Of a DNA stretch of 64,000 nt, positions 39,480 to 53,343 are shown piece by piece; the first letter of the stretch is position 1, and each line of letters starts with the position of its first letter. Position numbers and translations under genes: made by a program. The notes beneath the pieces were generated by a model, which was not told where the DNA came from, searched no databases, and saw only the letters and a program-made list of their open reading frames with translations. The DNA comes from Octopus sinensis (taxonomy: Eukaryota): NCBI RefSeq assembly GCF_006345805.1, contig NC_043005.1, forward strand, positions 77,996,001-78,060,000, in the 5' to 3' direction.

Positions 39480-40040
39480 AGTAAATGACAATTGTCTACC
39501 ATCGATTATTATTTTTTAATATAAAACTTTATTCCATCTAACAGCCGTTTCAGCTTCCAATGTCCTGCAGTGTTGCCAAAGAAAATTCTGAAGATAATAT
39601 TCGTCATGTTTTGTAACACATGGATCTTGGAGCTTCATCAGAGTGAAGAAAAATACATAAAATAAAAGAAAAGAAAAGAAGAAGAGCCTCGAGAGGAGGA
39701 ATGAAGGCTTAATATATTTGAATCATATCATTTTGCAGTGTAACGTTTCATGCAGGATTCAAATGTAAGATTCAAATATATTATAGTAAGATTGAAATTT
39801 ATGATTCAAATATATAAAGCCTTCATTCATCATCTCGAGGCTCATCTTTTCTTTTCTGTTATTTATTTTTCTTCACTCTGATGAAGCACCATGTTCCAGA
39901 TCGGATGTGCAACAAAATATGACGAATATTATTCTCAGAAATTTCTGTGGCAACACTACAGGACATTGGAAGCAGAAACGGCTGTTAGATGGGATAAAGT
40001 TTTGTATCAAAAAATAATAATCGAGAATAGTCAACTGTTG
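39480..40040. mobile_element. Diverged ~250-bp inverted repeat pair, each arm with a long-helix-II hammerhead
   Basis: CUGAUGA at 39641-35(-) and 39878-84(+); GAAAC-ggct-GUU at 39551-40(-) and 39975-86(+). Confidence 0.75.
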
Positions 40041-40066
40041 TTGATCATGATTTCTCCATTTTCTGC

Positions 40067-40126
<60 letters not shown>

Positions 40127-41076
40127 CACATTTAATAATTATATATATATATACATGTACACATTTCTTCGTAAACCCACATATACATGCAATATCCGTA
40201 CATACAAACTTATATGCATTGATACGATAATATATACATTCATTCATACACGCAGGGATACATGTATACAAAAATGCATGCATACATGAATATATTCAAG
40301 CATGGATATATAGCTGTATAACTACATATACACCTACATACACGCAAACATCCATCCATCCATGCATTAATATTGTATGACACATTCCTGCATGCATGCA
40401 TACATGCATATATGCCTACATACACATACCTCTATATATACATACATAGATACATATATACTATCCACACACGCATTGATACATACATGCTATGCATTTA
40501 TACGGCTTGGTGCATTTGTTAAAACCTTATGCTACGTAATTCGTAGAAAGGAAGGTCAAAATATGAGAAATTACAGTGATGTACCAAGTATTATCAGCCA
40601 TTATATGAATCAATACTTATGCAATGTTTCTGTCAAACTTATATAAAATGTAAGCCTAACTTATCTGACATTATGATCTGAGACTAAGGAAAGGAAGTGT
40701 CTGCTGTAATAAATATCAGTTGTCCTGTGGATATTAAAGATAAATGAGAAAGAAAATATCAATGCTGAACTCAGCAGAAGTCTACAGATATGACACATGA
40801 ATTATGATTTTAGAGTTATAAATGTGATCATGGGGATACTTTGTCATGTAACTGACTGGTTCAGTATTAATCTTTAGAAACTTGGCTTAGTAAAAGCAGA
40901 GAAGAGACGGTTAATTAGAGAATTACTATAGCATGACATTAATGAAATTGTAAAACTATGGAGAGAATTCCTGAAATTTAGTGTGTAGTATGTATGTATG
41001 TATGTATGTATGTATGTATGTATGTATGTATGTATGCATGTATGCATGTGTGTATGTATGTATATATGTGTGTGTA

Positions 41077-41126
<50 letters not shown>

Positions 41127-41159
41127 CATGTATATCTGTTCTTTACTGTTTTTAATTAT

Positions 41160-43380
41160 TTAATGTTTTCCTTTGAAGAAGGAACTGTTTTCTAACAATG
41201 ATAAGAAGCTCTATCTTTAGAACGTAAATAACGAAAGCAATGCCACGTTTTAATCCTGAGAAACGTTTTGCATAATTTTACTGTTCTACTTACAAATTGC
41301 ATTTGTAATGTGCGAATCAGTTAGTTGATTTCTTTTTCTGAAAATCCAAGCTAATTCAGACTGACAGTTAAGCATTTACTTACAAAACCAAGTGCTCCAA
41401 TTCTTGTTGGCTGTAAAGTAACTTTTCAATCCGGATATAGATCGAGGGTTTCGAAGCCGTTGTCCGTACTGTAGTTACTCCTTTTTCGAAGAGATATTCA
41501 CATCAGCAGGGCAGTTGACCTCTATGATAGTATATGATTTTTACTTGTTGGTCTCAAACAACAATAGTAGGTCTGATATGCGTACACTTGACTGACGTTT
41601 TGATGGAAAAGTTCTACCGATATTCCTTGTGTTGATATTTGTGTACGTATTCAACGACAGGAGGATTCTCTATATTTATTCCAGGACAGTCTTTTTCCAC
41701 ATGATATTGTAATTTGCTATTGCGACAACGTCGTGTCGTATAGGGAGGTAGTACCTTGATGACATTATTGGGCTAATCACATGTGTGATGTCTTTCAAAG
41801 AAATATGACGATCTACATTTTCGGTTGCATCTTGGAACTCCAAGGGCTTCATTGTCTCTTAGTTATGAGGCATTTAGTAGCAATCCGTTATTCTCTTTTG
41901 TTTATTTGGTGTTTAGTAGGAATCTCCTGTTCTTGGAATGCAAATGCATTGCCTACGATGTGTGATGTGATACAGCAGTCAGAGTCCAAGAAAGGCTTCG
42001 CTTTATGTCAATGTCACAGTCTTCATCAGGTCTTCAGAAAACATCCTCATGCGTGGTCTGCTTTTGGTATGAACGGGTATTCTTTGAGGTGTATTAGTCC
42101 GGCTGCTTTGGGGGTGGTATGGGAGGTCATCAGGAAGAGAATGCTTCCTGAGGAGCTCACTTCTGATACATAGGATATTGTTTTCTTCACGTTTTAGCAT
42201 TAATGTGTTGATTTTTGCTGCTGTTGTTTTAGCAAGTGCAATCTGACAGATTACGTGGCATTTGAAGGCTGTCTGCACTGATCTCAAACCCCTACCGCCT
42301 TTATCTCTTCTTAAGTAGACCCTGTCGATATCACTATTTCTGTGGAGATTTCCAGCTGATGTCTGAATCTTGCGGATTTTAATGTCTATGGAGTGAGTTT
42401 AGTCTACAAGCCAGTGATGTATCCCATATGGTGAAATCAGCACTGGAATTGCAAATACATTATTTGATGTTGTCTTGTAAGAAGATAGTTCCGACTGCCA
42501 TATTTTTCTAAGTCTGGTGTAATATTCTTGGATCACTCTACCTTTTTCACAATACCTTCGTGTGATATATTTTCATCAATGCCTAGGTACTTGTAGCATT
42601 CTTTGCGGGACAGGAGACATAGTGAGGCCATTGATGCACAGTTTTTGTGTCAGAGGAACTAATTTTCCCAGTTCAGCAATCAGATATGAGCATATTTTTG
42701 ACCAAATTCCATTCCTATGTCAGCTATGTTATTAATTCCAGCTACTTTTGGCATCGTTAACATTTGTAGCATAAATCTCGAAGTCACGCACATAAAAATA
42801 TGGGGTACGTTAATATCTCTAGATGTTGCAGACTTTGATTTTTGTAACAGCAATGATAATGGACTTAACGCCAAAATGAACAGAATTACAAAAAGACTAT
42901 CTCCTTGGAACATTCACTTTGAGATATGTATGACATTGGAGACGATTGTTACTCTCCCAGTTCTAAGTGTAAGAATCGTTGCTCATACTTTTGTGAGCCT
43001 CTCAAAGGTCACAAATAAGATAGCAGAAACTTTCGCCAAATGGAGACACTACAGCAGCCATGAATGAGGAATTAAGAACAGAGTCAAATGCCATGCTATA
43101 TTCCAACAATATCTTTGCAAAGCATTTTTTACCTCAGAAAGTACAGCTTTGTTTATCGAAAATTGTTCGGCATACTCCACACCCCCCTCTTTCCAACCGC
43201 CTGCTTATCAGTCATTAAGTTGTTCAACCTCAATGATCCCGGAGGAATTGGTTGAAGAACCTTATGTATAGTTTGTATATAATGTTTCGACAAACAATGG
43301 GCCTGTGGTTTTCTAGAAACTCGATGGTTGCATTCTTGGCTACAAGATTCGTCCGCATGCATGTTTGTTTTAAAAATTTA
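41160..43380 (-). pseudogene. R4/Dong-like LINE: RT, zinc knuckle, restriction-like endonuclease, 3'UTR
   Basis: LMTDKQAVGKRGVWS; FQGDSLFVILFILALSPLS; RYYLPIRHDVVA; IIEVNCPADVN; heavily disrupted. Confidence 0.85.
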
Positions 43381-43622
43381 TATACAGCCAGTACAATTTT
43401 CAACACACGATAAAAAGTGTATCTGATTTCTGAAAATAGTAATAACGTACCGAAATCTCTTTTATAGAAGTAAATAGTTTCAGAAAAACAAAATGCTTTC
43501 TCATAATAAAAAATATTATTAATAGCTTATCTAAATTAAATATCATGTATTAAAAAAATTTTTACGTCTTCGATATTTAAATCTAATATTTCATAATTTA
43601 GTAATAAATACGCACGCATGCA

Positions 43623-43657
<35 letters not shown>

Positions 43658-43886
43658 CATACCACACACACACCACCACACTCACGAACACACACATAAA
43701 TAAATGGATAAATAAATAAATACGAAAACAAACGTTCATAGTCTGGTTTCTGGCCTTGAAGCAGTTTTAAACGTTTTCAACACCGTCGATAAAATATTAT
43801 TTTTGTAGATAATGAATCAATGAATCGTGTAAAAATATTTAAAAAACATATCTGTCTTCAGCTTTCAATTACTTGTTTATATAATG

Positions 43887-43929
<43 letters not shown>

Positions 43930-43948
43930 ACAACAATTGCAACGTTGA

Positions 43949-44280
43949 AGGTGTTTATAAGCCATTTAAAAACACAAAAACCGTTAGATTTACTTCAACA
44001 TTCAAATTTAATTTGCTAAAATATTTTCTTTTCTACTCTAGGAACAAGGCCCGAAATTTTTGAGGAGTGGGGGGTGAGGGGTGGCAGTCGATTGGATCGA
44101 CCCCAGTACGCAAATTAAGTACCAGTTGCAAGCTGGGATCGATCCAATCGACTGGCCCCCTCCCCAAAATTTCGGCCTTGTGCCTAGAGTAGAAAAGAAA
44201 ATATTTTTGCAAATTAAATTTTAATGTTGAAGTAAATCTAAGGGTCTTTGTGTGTTTTTAAATGGCTTATAAACACCTTC
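43949..44280. repeat. Diverged fold-back duplication spanning a repeat/SINE junction
   Basis: 43949-44107 inverted against 44132-44280. Confidence 0.8.
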
Positions 44281-44451
44281 CAGGATTATTTATTTTTGCC
44301 AGCTGAGTGGACTGGAGCAACATGAAATGAAGTGTTTTGCTCAAGGACACAATGCGTTGCATGGTCCAGGAATCGAAACCGCAATCTTACGATCATGAGT
44401 CCAACACCCTAACCACTAAGCCACATAACTCCACACACACACACACACACA

Positions 44452-44617
44452 CACTGGTTGTGAAGCGGTAGGTGGGGGCAGACACGCACAAAATATCTAC
44501 ACACACACGTAGGTGGGGGCAGACATGCACAAAATATCTACACACACACACACATATGTGTGTGTGTGTGTAGATATTTTGTGCATGTCTGCCCCCACCT
44601 ACCGCTTCACAACCAGT
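44452..44617. repeat. Palindrome with internal 41-bp direct duplication in a family A SINE
   Basis: Centre cacat|atgtg (44555/6); gtaggtgggggcagaca..acacac unit present twice, then inverted. Confidence 0.85.
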
Positions 44618-45873
44618 GTTGGTTTGTTCACATTGTCGTAACTTAGCAGTTTGACAAAGGCAAAAAGGACCTATAGAATAAGTACCAGTCTTTTAAGAAT
44701 ATATAATTACTAAATTCCTGCCCTGTTATGGCCACAGTCCAATGACTGAAACAGGTTAAAGATAAAAGATGGAAGATAGGCAATGAATAAAGACTAATGG
44801 GAAACTATAGCCGATGTCTAATGCTGCAAATAATTACTTTCCGTTTCTCAGAGCAATTCTTTCAATGGGTCAATGGTATGCAATAATCCGATTAATTAAT
44901 GATCAATCATTTAGGCTGACATTAACATATTTGACGTAATTTAACGATTAGCCAATCAGGTGGATTCTGTCAATAGTTTTGTGTCTTGTATCAAAGCAAT
45001 TTCCCAAAGTATGATGAATGGAGTTTCATTCGAAAGAGTTGTCAGTTTGGAAGTTTCAGCATAAGAGTTAGAAATCATGTGATATTAATTATACATAATT
45101 ACACACAGATACAGACGCAGACACACATACACACACACACACAAACACACAGACACACAGACACACACATACACAGAGACACACATACATACATGCCTGT
45201 CTATCTTATGTAAGCATGTTTGCTTGTATGTATGTATTTGCATATATATATATATATATATATGTACATATACATACTTACATTATATATATATATATAT
45301 GTACGTATATGTGTACATACATATATAGAATATGTATATATATATATATATATAATATGTAAATATGTATAGTCATGTATATTTATATATATGCATGTGT
45401 GTATAAATGTATGTCTCAATATATCTATGTGTTTTTGTGCGTGTACATGTGTGTGTCAGCTTAGCACACAGATATAGGTATATATGCGTATATATACTGT
45501 TTGTGTGCGTTTGTGTGTGTGTATAAAATACATGTATGTTTACACACATACACTCATACACACACATAAATAAAAAGTTAGGAGTTATGAGGGTGAATAT
45601 AGTTATTTAATCACTTGTCTTCCTTAAGGTTACGGCCGTTTCGTAACCTTAATCATGTAATAATAATTTCAGTGTATAATAAATTATTTTACATATCTCT
45701 ACTAATATGCATGCTACGCATTAAACAATACAGTCATATATTTAAAAACCGATTACTCTGTGGTCTGCTAGCCGGATTCGCTAGAGAAGCTTTCCCTGAT
45801 AGCCATTTTATTCTATGAATCTATATATTACGCTACAAATTTATATATGTGTGTGTGCGTTTATTTCTGTTTA

Positions 45874-45927
<54 letters not shown>

Positions 45928-48549
45928 ACAAGTACTAACCTGAAAGCTTAGTACTTGTCAAAAATAACGCGGTTTATTTCTGTCTCCCTCAAGCAATTCT
46001 TAATCTTCCTGTTTCAATCTTCTTCTATTAATTCTTGTGTTAATTTTGTCTTCTTGATTTTATTTTTATTCATCTTACTTTCCGCCTTCTACTTCTTCTT
46101 GTGCAATTGTTACTGTTTTGCAGGACTTCTTCTTTTCCTCTCCAGATCACGTCAAGCATTTAGTTTGATTTTGATAATCGTATTTTTTCTTTAGTCGAAA
46201 ATCAAGGAAATTGTTTTTCTTTTCTATCCATGAAAACTTCGCTGCAATGATTAGTGGTACTTGAAAAATCGGCTTTTCATTTCTTTATTGCCATGCTTTT
46301 TATGAAGATGCGTGTTCTAGTGGCTAGGGCGTTGCAGTCCCGACCACTAGACTATGGTTTCGATCCCCAGACTGGACTATATCTTGGTTAATGTAGTGTG
46401 AAAAATTACGAGACCGTCTTGGTTAGAACTTCTAAAATCATTTGTCTTGTAAATTAGGATTGAACCAATGTTAAAAAGAAGACTAATTGGTATATTTTAT
46501 GAGAACCAATGAATGTAAAGGTACATAGCCTATTGATTAGCGCGTTGCACTCACGATTGTAAGATCGCGGTTTCAATTCGCGGACCAGGCGGTGCCTTAT
46601 GTTCTTGAGCAAAATACTTCTTTTACATTGTTCTATGCAGTACAGCTGTAAATGTGTAACCTTGCGACGGGCTGGTATCTCCATCAGCGGGGAAGGTTGT
46701 GATCTCGGTCACTTAATTACCATGGAAACCGAATAGCCGACCCTATGAGTCCTAAAACCTGAGATAGTAATGTCCAGGGCCTTACTACTACTTTAATTCC
46801 TATGCTCTTGCTACTCCTCCCTCATTATTCTCACGCATTCACTGTCACACCTTATTATTTCTCTAAACATATCTACAGTTTCAAACAAGCGTGGTTCCAC
46901 TGGTGGTTGCAGTTATTACAAGGGAAATAATCATTCCGACATGATATGGGGGAGAATTAGAAATTTGAAATTGAATTTTCTTTCTTCGCTTTTTATTATT
47001 TTGCTCGTATTATGAAGAAGTTTCGAGTCATTGGGAATCATATATCGCATCCTTTTATTCTTTTTAGAAATCATCAGCATGACATAATCTGTGACTTAAT
47101 GATTAAACATTTTATGAAGAGAGATGTTACATTAAAGACGGAATTAATTACAGACTGAAGGACAATACGATTTCCTTTGTTTTCTTCTCTCAACGAAGTT
47201 CTGCTTTAACCAATTCTTCATTTCATTTCCCAAACTCTTTCCTGTTACACAGATTTCGTTATCGTATTAAAGCCTCTTTTTGTTTTCCGCTTTTTCTATC
47301 GATCTAACTCTATCATTTTCTCTTTCCTGTGCTTTTGTTAATGTCATTAACTCCTCAATTCACCTCTCCATTGTGGGGAGAGAATTCGTTTTATTACTTC
47401 GTCACACAATCTCTTTCTCTCTCAATATTTATTTCTTCACCTCTATTTTTTTCTACATCTCTTCACCTCACTATTAATGACTTCTGGCTATTTTGTACTC
47501 TCTCCCTGGCACACATCTACTTATGTAGTTAATTTGACTCTGTTTAAAATACTTACGTTCTCCCTCTTACTCTCTCTCTCTCTCTCTCTCTCACCACACT
47601 CAGTACAGCTACTACTTTCTCTACCTACTTTCCTAAACTAACGAACCAACAAAAATTGACACCTTGGATTTGCCTTCCGTATATATGTGAAAATATACAA
47701 AAGTAATCAAGGCGCATGATTTCGGGTGTTTCGCCGTCAAGTAGTTAAGGGTACGGAAGCACTGAAGTGTATACTGAAGAGATACCTCCTACTGCAGCAC
47801 GACCAATATCGTGTGAATGGAATAGCATGTATTCATGTAAGTACGGTCGTACGTACGTAGGTATGTGTGTATGTATGTATGTATGTATTTATGCATGTGT
47901 GTATGTATGTATATCTGTGTGTATGTATGGATGTGTATGTGTGTAAGTATGTATGTATCCATGTATGTATGCATGCATTTATGTACGCATGTGTGTGTTA
48001 TGTTGTGTGTGTGTGTGTTCTCTTTATAATTTAGAATGAATTTTGACCGGCCATTGCTTGTTAGCAAGGTTGTGCAGGAAAGTATCTTGATTTGATCATC
48101 ATCATTTAAATCTTAAGAAAGTCTTAGAGATTTTTACATTTCCGGATGCTGTGATCTTTTGTTGTTAAGAATTTGTTGTTAAGTAATTGCGTTCTCTCCT
48201 CAAGAAACCATGTATTTATGTACATGTACATGTATGTATGTCATTGTCATTTTAATTTCAATATTTCTTGCCAATAGAGAAAGAGCCGATTTCTAACATA
48301 GATCCAAGGCCCCTTCATTGGAATTTCAACATCAACAACAGAGTATTATTGTATGTATGTATGTATGTATGTATGTATGTATGTATGTATGTATGTATGT
48401 ATGTATGTATGTATGTATGTATGTGTGTGTGTATGTATGTGTGCATGTATGTATATATGAATGTATGTATGCATACATGCATGTTTCTGTCTCTCTCTCT
48501 TTCTATGTGTATATATATGTGCGTCTATGTATATGTATATATATATATA

Positions 48550-48760
48550 CTCTTTACTCTTTTACTCTTTTACTTGTTTCAGTCATTTGACTGCGGCCAT
48601 GCTGGAGCACCGCCTTTAATCGAGCAACTCGACCCCTTATTCTTTGTAAGCCCAGTACTTATTCTATCGGTCTCTTTTGCCGAACCGCTAAGTGACGGGG
48701 ACATAAACACACCAGCATCGGTTGTCAAGCAATGCTAGGGGGACAAACACAGACACACAA

Positions 48761-48806
<46 letters not shown>

Positions 48807-48938
48807 CCACTCACAAGGCTTTGGTCGACCCGAGGCTATAGTAGAAGACATTTGCCCAAGGTCCCACGCAGTGGGACTGAACCCGGAACCATGTGGTTGG
48901 TAAACAAGGCTACTTATCACACAGCACTCCTGCGCCTA
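48550..48938 (-). mobile_element. SINE family A with internal deletion
   Basis: Head to tail present; lacks the gtttccgtctacc..gggcttctttc segment. Confidence 0.85.
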
Positions 48939-48950
48939 TAATATATTATA

Positions 48951-49014
<64 letters not shown>

Positions 49015-50034
49015 TTACACTTATATACATATTTGTGTGTGTGTGTATTTGTAAGTACAAGAGTGCATGAGTGGCCTCTACACATTTTCCACTTACCGAA
49101 TTCTGTGCACAACATGGTGCTACAGTAGAACTCAGCTATATGTATATATGCGTGTATGTATATCTATATGTGGGTATGTATACATATATGTGCATGTTTG
49201 TATGTGCGTGTGTGTGAGAGAGTAAATATATTTCACCTTAACATACACATATTTTGGGATTTGAAAAATCATACGAGCGAGAACACTTTGATCTGAACTA
49301 ACTGAACTGTCAGCACTTATTCCGCTCCTTAATCTCTTCTTCTGCACCGTACAACCTATTTATGTTGCTTTAAATTTAAGCAACGTTAACTTAAATACAG
49401 TATTTTACATATAGAAAGAGTGTTTAACTTTCACTTTCATAGAAAGCAACAGTATTTGGTATATAAACTATTTGGAAAGACGAGTAGAAAATTAAATGTT
49501 TTCTATCAAATGTTCCTCAGAGAGAAACTGAGAGAAAAGTAGCGGAACAGTGTCACAATAAGGAGAATCTGAAAAGAATATGTTTACAACCGCTGCATGA
49601 TATTGTACAAGAGCGCCGATTCTGTCTGTCTAGGAACGTTTCCCTGTGTTGCCCAGTGGCTCCGAACCCTTTTGATTGCTATTTTATTCTAGTGGGTCCC
49701 TATTGGCACCCGCAGCTTACAAATTAGTTTTATTTATACTTCTTCCAAAATTTTTATTTTGCTTTTCACACATTAACTTGAATATGTTAAACGTTAAAGA
49801 AATGTAGCTTTTTCTTGCAATAAATACATAAAAAGTAAAATCTTTTCATGGAACTTTAAAATCCTGTTGTGGATCCTCGGTTTACTATTTTGCTTGCATG
49901 GCCCCCATGAATCACTCATCCAGCCAATGAACGGCACGAGAAGATAGCCAGCCTGAAGATTAATTAGCGGTGCATATTTCAAGATTTGGAGACCGAAAAC
50001 ATAATCTGGAATAGATGTGCAAGGGTAGCAGCCG

Positions 50035-50155
50035 ATGGAACGCAATGAAGGAAGTTTGCCATCTAATGTGCTAAACAGAGCAGGTGGATCTAAAGCTAAA
50101 GTTGTCTGTCCGGCAGCTTTAAATAGACTCCACAAACAAATAATATTATACATAT
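50035..50155 (+). CDS. Speculative first coding exon (MERNEGSLPSNVLNRAGGSKAKVVCPAALNRLHKQIILYI)
   Basis: ATG in gccgATGg just after an in-frame stop; GTAAGT donor at 50156-61; gccaatga ~110 bp upstream; no homology recognised. Confidence 0.25.
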
Positions 50156-51019
50156 GTAAGTAATACCGTGGTGATGAATGAGTTAGCAAATGATATATCA
50201 AATGACGTATGGCAAACAGTTCTTAATCAATTGAAATTTTTGCTAGCCGGAGGTAAAAACTAATTTTCGGTATTTGTTAATCACTCTTAAAATAAAGGGA
50301 GATAAGTAAATGAAATTAAGAATTCATGCTTCTAAATTAATTTGTATGCTTCAGCAAAGACCTGAATATGGTTTACTAGCTATTCACGCATGGTTCGATT
50401 AGTTGACAAGGTTTTAGAAGCAGAGAAGTTGATAAGAATAATTTTGGGCTGGTATAATTTGTATTATTAAAGATAAAGGAGCTAACGGTAAGACTGAGAG
50501 AATGGGTTGAAAGTAGATAAAAGAGTTAAAGGATTGTGTACGAAATTACGTACGTAAGAATTTCCCAATAAATTGAATTTTCCTTTTCAATTAATGGAGG
50601 AAAAACTCCTAGCGTTAAATGCTATCAGCTCAAAGAAAGGAGAAATTAGGGATTACTGCTTCATAATAAGCGCTTAAGCTTCAAATCACGTATCATCAAT
50701 AACAATAATGATTTTACAGTTCTATATTTAAGAGCTGAGGAATTATGTAAATAATGTAAATAATGATTATTTTTATTGTTTATTATTAGTTTTATTGTTT
50801 ATTATCATGTATAATAAAGATATCAGGAAAGAGACACAATTAAATGAACACTTTAGATGATGTATAATGAAGAAGGTTATGCAGAAGATACGACAAAAAT
50901 AGCAGGAGAGAAACGGAAAATGCAATACTAACGGAATGACTTGCCTACACGTTATCTCTTTCGTCAGTTGTCGACCAAAATCATAGTAATTTCGACACCC
51001 TCTGACGTGAGATAAGAAA

Positions 51020-51385
51020 CAGCAATAAGAACAACTGCGCGATAAGAAGTTCGTTTCCCAAAACACATGGTTCTAGGTTCAGTCCCATAGCGTGGCACCT
51101 TAGTTGTCTTCTGAAATTGCTCTTGTTAGTGGATTTGATAGATGGAGTCTGAAAGAAACCCGTAGTCTGAAAGAAACACAATCAGTCCTCCCCACTGCCA
51201 TTTGACAGTTAATGTTGTGTGTACGTCCCTGTAACTAAGCGGTTCGGCAAAAATTGAACAATAAAGTAAATACCAGACTTAAAAAATAAGCACTGCGGTC
51301 AATCTGTTCGACTAAATCCTTCGTGGTGGTGTTCCAGCATGGCCGCAGTCCAATGACTAAAAGAAGCAAACGACAAAAGAAAATA
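51020..51385 (+). mobile_element. SINE family A, diverged
   Basis: ggttcagtccc..ggcacctt head; ccagcatggccgcagtccaatgactaaa tail. Confidence 0.75.
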
Positions 51386-51504
51386 ATAATACAAAACGCA
51401 AAGTATAGTTACAACTGCAATTGCATTAATTATAAATATGATAGATCAGGGATTAACAAATGCAAGAACAACGAAGTTCATTCCATTATGTATCACAGTC
51501 AAAG

Positions 51505-51715
51505 GCGGTGAGCTGACAGAATCGTTAGCATGCTGGGAAAAATGCTTAGCTGCATTTCGTTCGGCTTTACGTTCCGAGTTCAAATTCCGCCGAGGTCGAC
51601 TTTGCTTTCATCTTTTCGGGGTTGATAATTTAAGTACCAGTTGAACGCTGGGGTGGATATAAACGCCTCATCCCCTCCTCCAAAATGGCTGCCCTTGTGG
51701 CAAAATCTGAAACCA
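51505..51715 (+). mobile_element. SINE family B monomer (alternative tail)
   Basis: aaggcggtgagctgacagaatcgttagc head. Confidence 0.8.
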
Positions 51716-51854
51716 TTATTTCTCACCTTCATATCCCAGAAAATTTTAATCTTGTTAAGGTTCAAATCTCACTGACGCTGTTTTTCCACCAGCACCCCAG
51801 AGTCAATAAAATGATATACCCATCAATTTCCCAGGCAGATGACATCAAATAAGC

Positions 51855-52088
51855 CTGTGGTTCTCAACCATTTGTTTCTACGAAGCCCTCTGTTCCCTAT
51901 TTTAACAGAGTGGACCCTCATAACCATTCCATGTTTAAAAGTATATATATTTCTATAATTAAATATTAGGAATTGCAGAAAAAAATTAAAATATTTTGTG
52001 TATAACGATATATGGCGCATAGACTTTAGCTACAAATCTTATGTGCATTACCAAGGGCCATATGGACCCCGGCGGTTGAGCACCACTG
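51855..52088. mobile_element. hAT-type MITE
   Basis: TIRs ctgtggttctcaacc / ggttgagcaccactg; 8-bp flanks aaataagc / atctaagc (6/8). Confidence 0.75.
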
Positions 52089-52106
52089 ATCTAAGCTCTA
52101 TCTCTT

Positions 52107-52157
<51 letters not shown>

Positions 52158-52204
52158 ATTAGCTAAATTGAATTCGTTCGTTACTCTTATTCTATGTAGG
52201 ACAT

Positions 52205-52660
52205 GAAAAAGATCTCCATCGTTTGCAGTCTTCCGAAAGGTATTTGTCATCCTCCCAGCTCAATTCCTCTATGTTTAGAAAGGTTCTGAAGAATCTAGTC
52301 CTTCACAACTCTTCCATAGTATTAATGGGCACCAAGTTTCCTTTTCCCACTTCCTTCTGGGTACAAGTCGTGGGAGAGATTTGGGTATCTTGTTCATGGC
52401 ATTCTAAAGACGGTCCAAGAAACTTCAGACGACGATCTTTCACTGTGATGCTTAGAGGTTCCAGCTTGGTTCCCTTATAGACTTCATTGGTTATTTTGTC
52501 TTGCAATAAGTTTCAGTGGCACCAGTGTTTGAATACTGTTCTAGCTTGTGAACAAATCCTGCTGTCATCTTCACTGACATAAATGGCAATTGGGAGGACC
52601 GAAGAGTTGTGCGACATCATCTTGCTTCTTAGCAAACTATCTTGCTTCTATCTGATTAAA
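52205..52660 (-). pseudogene. RTE-like LINE ORF2 C-terminal fragment
   Basis: QDKITNEVY..LEPLSITVKDRRLKFLG motif. Confidence 0.65.
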
Positions 52661-52736
52661 TTGCCAGATGTTTCTGAGACTCCTACAGACAGAGCCTGCT
52701 TTCCAAACTGAATTAAAAACAGTTATTTCATATCAA

Positions 52737-53343
52737 CGCGGCGAGCTGGCAGAATCTTTAGTACGCCGGCCGAAATGCGTAGCCGTAGTTCGTCTGCTGT
52801 TACGTTCTGAGTTCAAATTCAGCCGAGGTTCATTTCTCCTTTCATCCTTTCAGGGTCGATAAATTAAATGCCAGTTACACACTGGGGTCGATGTAATCGA
52901 CTTAGTCCGTTTGTCTGTCCTTGTTTGTCCCATGTATGCTTAGCCCCTTGTGGGTAGTAAAGAAATAGAAATAGGTATTTCGTCTGCCGCTACGTTCTGA
53001 GTTCAAATTCCGCCGAGGGCGACTTTGCCTTTCATCCTTTCGGGGTCGATAAATTAAGTACCAGTTATGAACTGGGGTCGTTGTAATCGACTTAATCCGT
53101 TTGTCTGTCCTTGTTTGTCCCCTCTGTGTTTAACCCCTTGTGGGTAGTAAAGAAATAGGTATTTCGTCTGCCGCTACGTTCTGAGTTCAAATTCCGCCGA
53201 GGTCGACTTTGCCTTTTCTCCTTTCGGGGTCGATAAATTAAGTACCAGTTATGTACTGGGGTCGTTGTAATCGACTTAATCCGTTTGTCAGTCCTTGTTC
53301 GTCCCCTCTATGTTTAGCCCCTTGTGGGCAATGAAGAAATAAG
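52737..53343 (+). mobile_element. SINE family B trimer with 20-bp TSD
   Basis: TSD aaacagttatttcatatcaa at 52717-36 and 53344-63; single head; units 2 and 3 start at gtatttcgtc. Confidence 0.92.

Noticed and set aside
49794-50201. 135-aa minus-strand ORF as a gene
   Set aside because: No recognisable domain; partly antisense to the plus-strand exon candidate; not called.
52737-53343. Regularly spaced ~185-bp repeats resembling an array or CRISPR
   Set aside because: Whole units are homologous SINE bodies; no unique spacers and no cas genes; eukaryotic context.
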